From: Felis catus
Lineage: Eukaryota
Reading direction: 5' to 3'
Assembly: GCF_018350175.1 (NCBI RefSeq)
Contig: NC_058368.1
Span: forward strand, 50,841,815 to 50,905,814
Length of the DNA stretch: 64,000 nucleotides
The notes under the pieces are model-generated. The model made no database searches. It was given only the letters and a program-made list of their open reading frames with translations, and had not been told where the DNA came from. Below, in pieces: positions 53,797 to 64,000 of the stretch; position 1 is the first letter of the stretch; every line of letters starts with the position of its first letter. Both the position numbers and the translations under genes were made by a program.

Positions 53797-54862
53797 GAAG
53801 CTTAACAGAAGACCATGGAGGAGGGAAAGGATAAAAAAAGAGAGAGAGAGAGGGAGAGAGGGGGAGGGAGCCAAACCATAAGAGACTCTTAAAAACTGAG
53901 AACAATCTGAGGGTTGATGGGGGGTGGGAGGGTGGGGAGGGTGGGTGATGGGTACTGAGGAGGGCACCTGTTGGGATGAGTACTGGGTGTTGTATAGAAA
54001 CCAATTTGACAATAAATTTCATATTTAAAAAAAAGAACTTATAAAACTCAACACTCAAGAAATAAATAATCCAATTTAAAAATGTGCCGAAACATGAATA
54101 GACATTTTTCCAAAGAAGACATCCAGATGGCCAATAAACCAATGAGAAGATTGGCCAAAGAAAAGATTCCCAGCATCACTGATCATCAGGGAAATACAAA
54201 TTAAAACTACAATGGGATATCACCTCACACCTGTCAGAACGGCTTAAATTAATAACACAAGAAACAACAGATGTTGGTGAGGATGTAGAGAAAGGGGAAT
54301 CCTCTTGCACTGTTGGTGGGAATGCATACTGGGGCAGCCTCTGTGGTTTTCCACATGGAAGTTCCTCAAAAAGTTAAAAATAGAACTACCCTATGACTCA
54401 GCAATTGCAGTACTAAGTATATACCCAAAGAATACAAAAATACTAATTCAAAAGGATACATGCACCCCATTGTTTGCAGCAGCATTATCTACAATAGCCA
54501 AGTATTATGGAAACAGCTCAAGTGTCCATTGACTAATGAGTGGATAAAGAAGAAGTTTTATATATACACAATGGAATATTAGGCAGCCACACAAAAGAAT
54601 GAAATCTTGCCATCTGCATTGACATGGGTGGAGCTAGAGAGTATTGCACTATGTGAAGTAAGTCAGGCAGGAAAAGACAAATACTATATGATTTCACTCA
54701 TATGTGGGATTTAAGAAACAAAACAAATGAGCAAAGAAGAAAAAAGAAGAGAGAGAGACAAACCGAGAAACAGACTCTTAACTACAGAGTTGCTAGTTAC
54801 CTGAGGGGAGGTTGGTGGGGAGATGGGTTAAACAGGTAATGGGGATTAAGAAGTACACTTGC

Positions 54863-55033
54863 AAAAAAAAAAAAAAAAAAAAAAAAACAGGGCTGGACCT
54901 GCCATGCCCCTCCTGCTTTAGTGGCCGTCTAGGGGCAACGTCCCCAAGCAGTGGCTCTTGGAGACGTGGGTTTGCTGCTCTGTGCAGGGTAGCTGACTCA
55001 TCTAGCCCTTTATGGAAAAAAAAAAAAAAAAAA
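54863..55033 (+). other. TSD-flanked retro-insertion: A25, 128 nt of unidentified sequence, then poly(A)
   Basis: Perfect 15-bp TSD aagaagtacacttgc (54848-54862 / 55034-55048) at a TT/AAGA L1 endonuclease site. Confidence 0.9.
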
Positions 55034-55434
55034 AAGAAGTACACTTGCTGTGATGAGCACTGGGTGATGTATGGAAGTGTTAAATCACTCTATTGTATGC
55101 CTGAAACTAATAATACACTGTATGTTAACTAACTGGAATTTAATTTTTTTTTTAAGGAAAGAGTAAGTCCATTTAAAGGCCTTATCCTGTGTATCTATGC
55201 CATTATCAAGAAAGGCTATGGCCTTGTTTGCAGGAGGTGGGCTTAATACAAGTAAAACAGAATGCAAATAACTCTAACAGAATATAATATAGGTGGGGAA
55301 AATATATGCAGATGACTAGGAAAGGGGAAGCTTTTTTAATTTGATGGACAAAGCAGCGCTCTCGCTACTTCATCTATAACCAACCTAATACAGTAAGCAT
55401 AATGGACAAGTTTCATATTCAGAGTTAACATGTT

Positions 55435-55654
55435 GTTTTTTAATTTTTTTAAGTGTTTACTTATTTATTTTGAGAGACAGAGATAGAGCGCAAGCAGGGG
55501 AAGGGAAGAGAGAGAGGGAGACACAGAATCGGAAGCAAGCTCCAGGCTCACAGCTGTCAGCATAGAGCCCAATGCAGGGCTCAAACTCACAAACCGCAAG
55601 ATCATGACCTGAGCTGAAGTCGGTCACTTAACCCACTGAGCCACCCAGGCGCCC
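55435..55654 (-). mobile_element. CAN-SINE
   Basis: Reverse copy; TSD cagagttaacat(g/a)tt. Confidence 0.95.
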
Positions 55655-55704
55655 TACAGAGTTAACATATTTAAACAGTGCTGTGTTATACGCCATACCT
55701 GAGA

Positions 55705-55935
55705 CTCAGTGAAAAAACAAAGGCTTTGTAGTCACAGGGCTGAGATCACCCCCCAGCTCCTCCTCTTACCGTGTGGCCTTGACCAAACTATATAACCTTG
55801 CTGATTTTTAGCATCCATGTCCCTCAAAGGGCAATATTCTTTTAAATGTTGTAAGATGTAATGATGTTGGATATTGTAGAGTACATGGGACAGTGTCTGG
55901 AACTTAGTAAAATTGAATAGATGATAGCTATTATC
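55705..55935 (+). mobile_element. MIR remnant
   Basis: 'ggctttgtagtcacag...ccagctcctcctcttaccgtgtggccttgacca...acagtgtctggaacttagtaa'. Confidence 0.7.
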
Positions 55936-56392
55936 AGAAATAATAAACAGTACAGTGAACCCTGTCTGCTAAAGTGCTCCAAATTCTATTAGCATAGAAA
56001 ATAGAAAAGGAGTCATATAGGAAGGGAGTCAAGGAGTCATATAAACACATTGCAAACAGGTGCCACGCATATCAAAGATGAAATTTCAGCTATTCCTGGT
56101 TGTGGCCTCCTACACCCAGGAATCCAAACTCCCAGCAAGCCCATGGAAGCATTTCATTTGAAGCCTTCTAATATAAACGGTGAGAAGAAGCTGGGAGGCT
56201 ATAATACTTTTTCTCTATCATAGACAATTCTGCTTGGTAAACTGACAGTGCCAGTGATGACTCAATAATTCAGCCCATATAAAACTTGCTCCAAAAGAGT
56301 CCTAAAATACAACATTAGGATTCCTAGTGAATGGAAAGTTATTGACTCTAAGGGAATGATTTCTTGAGCCACTGGAAGGCTGTTGAAAGATT

Positions 56393-57514
56393 TCCTTTGG
56401 TTTGTACAAAGTGGCTTGATCAAATTGGATTTTGATGCCTAAATTCTTTCTGAAACCAGAAAAATAATTTCTTCTTCTGAAGTTTCTGAGATCACATTGC
56501 AAAACATTCCATCTTGGAATCAGAAATGTGACAAAATAGTCTTTGTTTTACTCTAGGTAGACAATAAATACAATGCAGTGATTTAATATAATTGCATGAA
56601 TTTCTTTCTCTTTTACTGATGTGACATAGGCATCATTTTTAATCTATCATTGTGGCTGCTACTATATATATACTGATTTTGTACTCTTTAAGATAAACCA
56701 GTTGACATCATTTGTATGATATACACATGCAAGACAAATTTGACACAAACACCAAATAACTACATACAATTTTCTATTGCAGGAGTCCATTTGGAGACCT
56801 AAATTTCTAATGAAGAACGTTAATCAATGTATAATCCTGATACATTGAAATTATAAAGGATCTCAGAGTCATCTAGACCATCTAGACCAATCTCATCATC
56901 TAAAAAATAAGGAAACTGAATCCCAGAAAGGACAAATGTTTTATATAGGGTCACAAAACTACTTAAAAGCAGAACAGGAACAAAAACCCAGACCTCCTGA
57001 CTCCACAGATGGTGCCCAAAACACTGGGCTGGTGATCAATTTAAAGTAGATAGACCACTCCAAGAAATAACAGATCCACTGAAAAACATCTTTATGTAAA
57101 GTATCAGGCAGCTCTGTAAGCAAATAGTAAGAATCTTAATAAAATCAGGGTAAGATTAATGAAAATTAAGAAACCAGCCTGATGAAGACAGGCAAAAATT
57201 ATTAAACAGAGTTAACATATTTAATTTCTCCCACTTACTTTGTGTTGGCTTACTGGGGACTTTAACATTGCATGAGAGCTATATACAGATGTCTTATATC
57301 TTTTATTCTAGTCTTAAAGGATCTAGAAAGGAACCGCAAATGCCAAGAAGCAGGAGGAACAAAGGTAAATATAAATGGGCAACCATATTAATTTGAGAAA
57401 TTTCAGGCAAGAGTCCATGCACCAAAATGAATTTGAGGACTAGGTGTTCTACAAACAGAAAGAATTTAGGCATCAAAATCCAATTCGATCAAACCATTCT
57501 TTCAAACCAAAGGA
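56393..57514. repeat. Inverted repeat pair, ~60-bp arms (56393-56452 and 57456-57514) about 1 kb apart
   Basis: 30-bp perfect core aattggattttgatgcctaaattctttctg / cagaaagaatttaggcatcaaaatccaatt plus a 12-bp perfect outer block. Confidence 0.9.
56840..57020 (-). mobile_element. MIR remnant
   Basis: 'gtcatctagaccaatctcatc...aggaaactgaatcccagaaagg...ggtcaca...aaacccagacctcctgactcc'. Confidence 0.75.
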
Positions 57515-58224
57515 GATTGTTTGCAATGAGGTTGTCTGTCATTTCTGAGAGAAAGGTTTTATATTCAGACAAGATCCATAGATGAAATCATGCAAGTATG
57601 ATGATGTTGTCAAAGGATATAGCTGTAAACTCATCGCATATACCACGGTAAAGATTTGTTTAATTTAAATATTGACAAACAGTTTAAAATGTGAATTGTA
57701 GTTTTTAAATTTTTAAATCCAGTGGGACTATGGCTGCAATAAAAGAAATTAAGCCTATGACTATCTGAATTCAGGCACCAGGTACCACCAGGAGAGAAAC
57801 CCAACCTATAAGTTTCAGTCTTAGAGGTCAGTAACAAATTCCCTAGCCAAACTGATTGTGGGTGAACAACGTATATCCCTAAGAGAATCAATAAAACTTT
57901 TTCAGCATTGTAATGATCTGTATACATTTTAATCTCACAGTCACAACCTACAAAACCAAGACCTATAATGATACATGAAATTTTAAAACTCAATATACGC
58001 TTTCTCTCAAGAAAGACAACACTAAGATTGTATCTGATACACCAAAATCTTGAAAATCAGCCGTTAGCTATGAATATTAATTCCTATCTTCAGAGATCAA
58101 CAATTCCTATGTTTTTAAATAATTTCTTACCTAAGAAATAATGTGTTCATTATAGAAAATTAGAAAATACATACATAAAGAAAAAGACAATAAAAATAAA
58201 TTACAAGTGATACACAATGAATAC

Positions 58225-60545
58225 AAGGCAAGGATGTCTGCTCCCTCTATCTCTATATAATACTATATCTGAGGTCCTAGCCAGTCTTGTGGTAAATCAA
58301 GAAAAAGAGAAGACATTCCAATTGGAAAGAAAGAAGTGAAACTTGGCTTACTCACGATGACATAATTTTATACACAGTAAATATTAATGAATCTACAAAA
58401 CAAGCTATCAGAACTAATAAATATAACACAGTCAAAGGATACAAGGTAAATGTGAAAAAATCAATCATATTTCTATAAACCAACAATGTTTATGTTCCAA
58501 TAAACAATTGGAAATTTAAAAAATTGTAAATGCCATGGCAATAGTATTAACAAATGAAATACTGGGGATAAATTTAAACACAAATACAAGATCTCCACAC
58601 TGAAAACCCCAAACATTGCTGAGAAAATTAATGGAGACCTAAGTAAGCAGAGAAACGTACCATGTCCATGGAATGATTAATTCAAGGTTAAGATATCAAT
58701 TCTCCCCAAACTGATCTATAGATTCAATGCAATTTCGATAAAAAGCCCATGAAGCTTTGTTTGTTTGTTTGTTTGTTTGTTTTAATTGACAAACTGACTC
58801 TAAAAATCATGTGGAAATGGAAGGGACCGAATATAGCTGAAACAATTTTGAATATGAAGAACAAACTTTGGAGATGTAAACTACCTGATTTTAAGACTTC
58901 TTATATAAGGCTACAATTGTCAAGACAGTGTAATAGTAGCATAAAAATAGATGTACCAAAAAATGGAACGAAATAGAGAACCCAAATATAGCTTCACATA
59001 TATCACTCAATTTGGGGTCTTTAATGTTTTTCTTGGTGTGGATTGGTTTGGTTTTTGTTTTTTGGCTTTCCAAAAAAAAAAAAAAAAAAAAATGTTTCAG
59101 TAATCTCTCTGCCCAGTGTGGGGCTTAAACTCAAGACTCCAAGATCAAGAGTTGCATGGGTGTGGGTAGAGCCTACTTAAAAAAATAAAAAATAAAAAAG
59201 TTTTTGACTTAAAAAAAAAAAAACAAAATCCCCAAGGTAATCTGGGGAGGGGGAAAAATGTGTTTTCAACAAATGTAACTGAACAACTGGATATCAGTGT
59301 GGAAAAAAAGATAAACTTTGACCTCTGCTTCATAATGCATACAAAAATCAACTCCAAATGGATCATCAGCCTAAATATATACCTTAAAACTATAATATTT
59401 CTTTTAAAAAAACAGGAAAAAGAAGAACCCTTTGAAGCTTTGAGGGAGGCAAAGATTTCATAAAGAGAACACACAAAAATGAATCATTTTTAAGGAGATG
59501 ATTAATTGGACTTTAGAAAAATTTAAAACTTTTGCTCCTGAAAAAACACCACTAAGAAGGTGGAAATTCCTAGTCAAAGACCAAGAAGGGTTTTTGCAAT
59601 ACAGATACTTGGCAAAGGACTTATATCCAGAATAATACAATACAACTCAATTGGAAGACAACCCGTTATTAAAAAGTAATGTGAGCAAAAGATTTGTACA
59701 CTTCACAAAAAAGACATATGTATGGCTAATAAGTATATGGAAGGGTGTTCAACATCTTTAGTCATCAGGGAAATACTAATTAAATCAAGATATTCCACAA
59801 GCCCACTAAAATTGTTAACATTAAAACACTGATAGTATCAACTGTTGACATGAATGTAGAGTAAATGAGAGTCATATTCATTACTCATGGCCGTGTAAAA
59901 TGGTGCACTCATACTGAAGAATATTTTGACCCAGAAATTGCACTTAGATATTTACCAATGAAAATGTGTATTTATAAAAAGTCTTGACATAAATTCACAG
60001 ACGCTTTATTAATAATAGCCAATAAATGGAACAACCCAAATGTCCATCAAAAAATAAAAGGATTCCAGGAGGCGGGCGAGGGGTGGCGGGGCCCTGGTGG
60101 CGGGGGAGGTCGCCCACGGAGGCCCCGGCACCCGGGCGGTGGGGGGGGGCGGTGGCAGCGGCGACTCCCAACACGAGCTGGGCCCTTCCAAAAAAAATAA
60201 AAATAAGAATAAAAAATAAAAGGATGAACAAAGGGTGGTATATGTATACAACGGGGTGCTGCTCAGCAATAAAAAGAAATGAACTACCGATACATAAAAC
60301 AACATAACTAAAATCTCAAAATCATTATGCTAAGCCAAAGAAACAGAATCAAACAATATATACTGCAGTACTCTATTTATATAAAATTGTAGAATGTCTA
60401 AAACTTACCCATAGTGACTGGAAAAAAAGATAGTGGCTGCATGGGGTGAGGAGTCAGGTGTTTGTGGAGAGCATGAGGAAAATTTGGGGGGTGATGAAAA
60501 TGTTCCATATTTGTATTATGGTAGTAGTTTTACACATCTGTCAAA
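58225..60545 (+). mobile_element. Ancient L1 (L1MB-ME class) ORF2 3' half and 3' UTR
   Basis: 'gaggtcctagccag', 'caattctccccaaactgatctatagattcaatgcaat', 'acaacccaaatgtccatca', 'ggggtgatgaaaatgttc'. Confidence 0.85.
60064..60210 (+). pseudogene. Retroposed internal 28S rRNA fragment (D8/ES27L region) with A-rich tail
   Basis: 'gcggggccctggtggcggggg...ggcacccggg...ggcagcggcgactcccaacacgagctgggcccttcc' resembles mammalian 28S 'gcggggccccggcggcggggg...ggcacccggg...ggcggcggcgactctggacgcgagccgggcccttcc' (recalled); 15-bp TSD aaaaaataaaaggat (60049-60063 / 60211-60225). Confidence 0.85.
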
Positions 60546-60809
60546 ACTGGAAAGCATAATAGAACTTCCACATTGACAAACAAACAAAAAGGAGAGAAGG
60601 AAATTTTGGCAAGCCAACAAAAGTAGGGAAAAGGGGGAGGGAAAAATAAATAGCAAATATCAAGAAGGTATAAAATCAAGTATATCACATGACCTGTCCT
60701 AATTTTAAAGGTCATTCTGACCTCTGTTTTAAGAAGAGGCTGAGAAGATAGAAGGAAGTGTTCTTCTAAATATTCCCTCTACAAAGAAGTTTTCCTGGCT
60801 CCCTGACCT

Positions 60810-62050
60810 AAAACAGTCACACACATCCCATTTTTAATGATATACGATTATAATATATAGAAAAATGCAAAAATGAAGAGAAAAATGACTAGAATTAATG
60901 TGATATTAGTAAGAGTCCTGGATACAAAAATCAATATATAAAAATCAATTTTGTTTCTATAGAATAGACAAATAATTATAAAATATTTTAAAACAGCACT
61001 TAGAATAGCATCAATATATCAAATACCTAGGAATCAATACATTATAAAATATTACTGAGAGAAATTAAATAAGACCTAAATAAAAGGAGGCATATAATCA
61101 TTCTCATGAATTGGAAAATTCAGTGTTGTAAAGATGTCAACTCTAAAATTTATGGATTCAAAATTTGTCTGTGGATGAAAATTTCTATGGCTTTTGATAG
61201 AAAGTGGCAATCTAAACTCCATATTAAAATGCAAAAATAAGCCAAGTAAAGAACAAAATAAGACGATTACTTAACTACATATACAAGTGTAGTAACTTAA
61301 ACAGCTTGGTATTGCCTCAAGGATAGACAAGTTAGTAAATACACTATGAAAGAGTCCAGAAAGAAACTTACACATATTTGATGATTTGATTTATGATGAA
61401 GATAACATTGCAGAAGAGGAAGGGAAAGGAGACTACTTCAATAAATGGCCAATTGAATATTCAATTCAAAAATAAATGAAACTAGATCTCTACTTCATAT
61501 TATACAGAAAAATCAAGTTTAGGTGGATTGAAGACTTAAATGTGAAATGCCAAATAAAGTTCCTAGATGGAAATGTTGGCATATATCTTTAGGATCTTAA
61601 AGTAGTTTCAACTGAATATAAAAGTCCTAATGATAGGGAATGAGACTGACATATTAGATTACAGTGAAATTAAGAAACTCTACTGAAAGATTCAATATGA
61701 AAAAGTAAATAGGCAAGTGAGAGGATTGGAGAAGATATTTGCAACACTTATAACCAACAAAGGGCCCAAACACGGACTGAAAAGCTACTACAGATCATCT
61801 TTAAGGAGACAGCTCTACACACTTGAATAGGATAACCAAAAGGTCCAGAAAGGATAACCAAATGGTCAATAAAGTTATGAAAACTGTCCGACCTCAATAG
61901 TAATCAAGGAAACACAATCTAATATCATAAATAAGTATCACTAGAAACCCATGAGAATGACAGAAATTTAAAATCCTGATACTATCATGGTGATAATTCA
62001 CTAACCTATGTATTTATGATTTGTATGTATAGTGTCCTTCTCAATAAAAG
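60810..62050 (+). mobile_element. Ancient L1M ORF2 3' fragment
   Basis: 'gatacaaaaatcaatatataaaaatcaatt', 'aaatacctaggaat', 'tggagaagatatttgcaaca'. Confidence 0.75.
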
Positions 62051-62059
62051 TTACAACTG

Positions 62060-63640
62060 TTAACAAATAAACAGTTGGGTGATCAATATTAGAAATTCAT
62101 CTAAGAAAGCTAATAAAATATTCTGAAGATTGCCCAAATACCTAAACAATACTTATAAAAAGTAAGAGCTTTTGTCAAAAATTTAGTTCACCCAATATTA
62201 ATTTAATGCAATTTCAGTTAGAATCCTAATTTTGATGATCCTGTTGAGGTTTTTTGTGGGGAAGAAGATGGATAAAATTGTTTTAGGGTTCAGAAGATAA
62301 AAGAAATGTCAATGATGAAAAAGAAGATTGTGAACAAAGAAAAACAGTAAGGGGCATATATATCTTATTAGATATTTATATTTACTATAAAGTCACTATA
62401 ATCCCTGGCACTGACACAGAAATAGATAAATATATTTGTGGAACAAAATAGAGTCCAGAAATAAATCCACAAAAGTGACATTTTAATTCAGTGGGAAATA
62501 ATTGGTTTATTAATAAATGATCCTGGCATAATTGGCTATCTGTCTACAAGAAAACAAGCTAGATCTACCTCGTGCCATATGCCGAAATGAATTCCAGATG
62601 GATAAAATTTTAATGCAAAAATATTTCTGAAGTTTTTAAAAGTTAAGAAATTTTAAAAAACTGGAGGTAGGAAAAAACTTTCTATGAAAAACATAATTGT
62701 TTGAAGTGATAAAAGACATATTTTGACTTCATAATATTAAAACATACATAGATGTTAGGGGCGCCTGGGTGGCTCAGTCGGTTGGGCGTCCGACTTCAGC
62801 CAGGTCACGATCTCGCGGTCCGTGAGTTCGAGCCCCGCGTCGGGCTCTGGGCTGATGGCTCAGAGCCTGGAGCCTGTTTCCGATTCTGTGTCTCCCTCTC
62901 TCTCTGCCCCTCCCCCGTTCATGCTCTGTCTCTCTCTGTCCCAAAAATAAATAAACGTTGAAAAAACAATTAAAAAATAAAAAAAATAAAATAAAAACAA
63001 AACATACATAGATGTCAAATCCACTGTAAACAAAGTCACAATAAAAAAAGATAAACTAGGAAAACATTGGCAGTTCATACGACAAAGGACTACTATATCT
63101 AACAAGCAAAAAGAATGCCTCTAATTTGAAAAATAAAGAAGAATTGAAAGAAAAATGGACAGAAGCTACAAACAGGCAACTTATAGAAGATGAAACCCAA
63201 TTGGCCAATAAATGTGACAAGATGCTCAGCTTCACAACTATCTAGAGAAGTAGAAACTAACACACAAAGTGGCATTTTTCACCCATATGGGCAAAAATAA
63301 GATGTATGGAATTTGGTGCTGATGAAGATGTGGGGAAAGGAGAATCCTCACATTTTATTGCTGGGACTCAAGCTCCTGGTAAGCTAACGTTAAGAGGTTG
63401 AGCAATTGGTATAAACATTCAAAATACACATACCTTTTGACCAAACAATTTCACTTTAGAAAATCCACCCTACAGAGACAAAAGCACCGGTGTGTGATGA
63501 TAAATACAAGGCTGATCATTGCAACAATTTTGTTGCAGTAGCAACAAAAAAAGGAAAAATAAAAAACCCTGAAAATAAATGAATGTCATCAATACAGAAA
63601 TAGTGAAATACATTGCAGGATATCCATTCTGCAGATGCGG
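62060..63640 (+). mobile_element. Ancient L1ME-type fragment, interrupted by a SINE
   Basis: 'ggaacaaaatagagtccagaaataaatcca', 'aattccagatggataaaa', 'cataccttttgacc'. Confidence 0.7.
62758..62998 (+). mobile_element. Young felid CAN-SINE
   Basis: CpG-rich, near-consensus copy; 17-bp TSD aaaacatacatagatgt (62739-62755 / 62999-63015). Confidence 0.97.
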
Positions 63641-63649
63641 CTTTTGAAA

Positions 63650-63850
63650 AAAAGGGAGAAGGGAAGAGGGGAGACGGGGGGGGGGGGTGTTGGTTGCTAA
63701 TCAATGGGTATAAAGTTGCAGTAAGATGCATAAATTCTAGAGAAGGGCTGTGCAACATTGTGCCTCTAGATAACATTGTATTGTAATCTAAAAATATGTT
63801 AAGAGGGTAGATCTCTTGTTAAGTGTGCTTACTACAATAAAATAAAATTT
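63650..63850 (+). mobile_element. L1MA/MB 3' terminal fragment
   Basis: 'aatgggtataaagttgcag...ttctagaga...ttaagagggtagatctc...tactacaataaa'. Confidence 0.8.
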
Positions 63851-64000
63851 GTAAATGACGAAAGAAAGGAAAAAAGACTTAGATCAGTATCTATGCACTT
63901 ATTGGATATCGAAGATGCATTGCTGATTTGCATGTGATTAAGTATAGTATGACAACTTTTTGTTAGAGAACAAATGAGATCCTGTAGATGTGTATACATT

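Larger units (their letters stand above)
48088..54031 (+). mobile_element. Full-length felid LINE-1, inactivated
   Basis: GC-rich 5' UTR, ORF1, ORF2, G-rich 3' UTR, AATAAA and short A-tail; 18-bp TSD aaagaactta(a/t)aaaactc (48070-48087 / 54032-54049). Confidence 0.97.
47742..55145 (+). mobile_element. Older carnivore L1 3' portion (47742-48087 and 54032-55145), host of the full-length felid L1
   Basis: ORF2 C-terminal sequence is colinear across the insertion; 3' UTR ends 'tgttaactaactggaattt'. Confidence 0.9.

Noticed and set aside
54888..55015. Y RNA, vault RNA, U1/U11, tRNA, H/ACA snoRNA or hammerhead identity for the structured insert
   Set aside because: Only a superficial GGCTGG start and closing stem; no A/B boxes, Sm site, ACA box or CUGANGA/GAAA core found.
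1..64000. CRISPR arrays, prokaryotic operons, intact tRNA or rRNA genes
   Set aside because: This is mammalian DNA; tRNA-like segments are SINE heads and the only rRNA-like sequence is a short retroposed fragment.

Overview
Repeat-rich, non-genic mammalian DNA from a cat-family (Felidae) genome, identified by many tRNA-derived CAN-SINEs of the felid type and a felid L1. I found no credible host protein-coding exon; the long ORFs are decayed L1 ORF1/ORF2 or SINE and microsatellite artefacts. The window holds about 16 CAN-SINEs, one full-length but inactivated felid L1 (48088-54031) nested in an older carnivore L1, several ancient L1M, L2 and MIR remnants, and MaLR/ERVL/ERV1 solo LTRs including a three-deep LTR nest. 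The most unusual items are three small TSD-flanked retro-insertions of non-TE RNA: a tailless U2 snRNA 5' fragment (38056-38088), an A-tailed internal 28S rRNA D8/ES27L fragment (60064-60210), and an unidentified 128-nt sequence between two poly(A) runs that folds into a tight four-way junction (54863-55033). There is also a non-TE ~60-bp inverted repeat pair about 1 kb apart (56393-57514). Repeat subfamily names are from recall of consensus sequences, not database searches, and boundaries of old elements are approximate.
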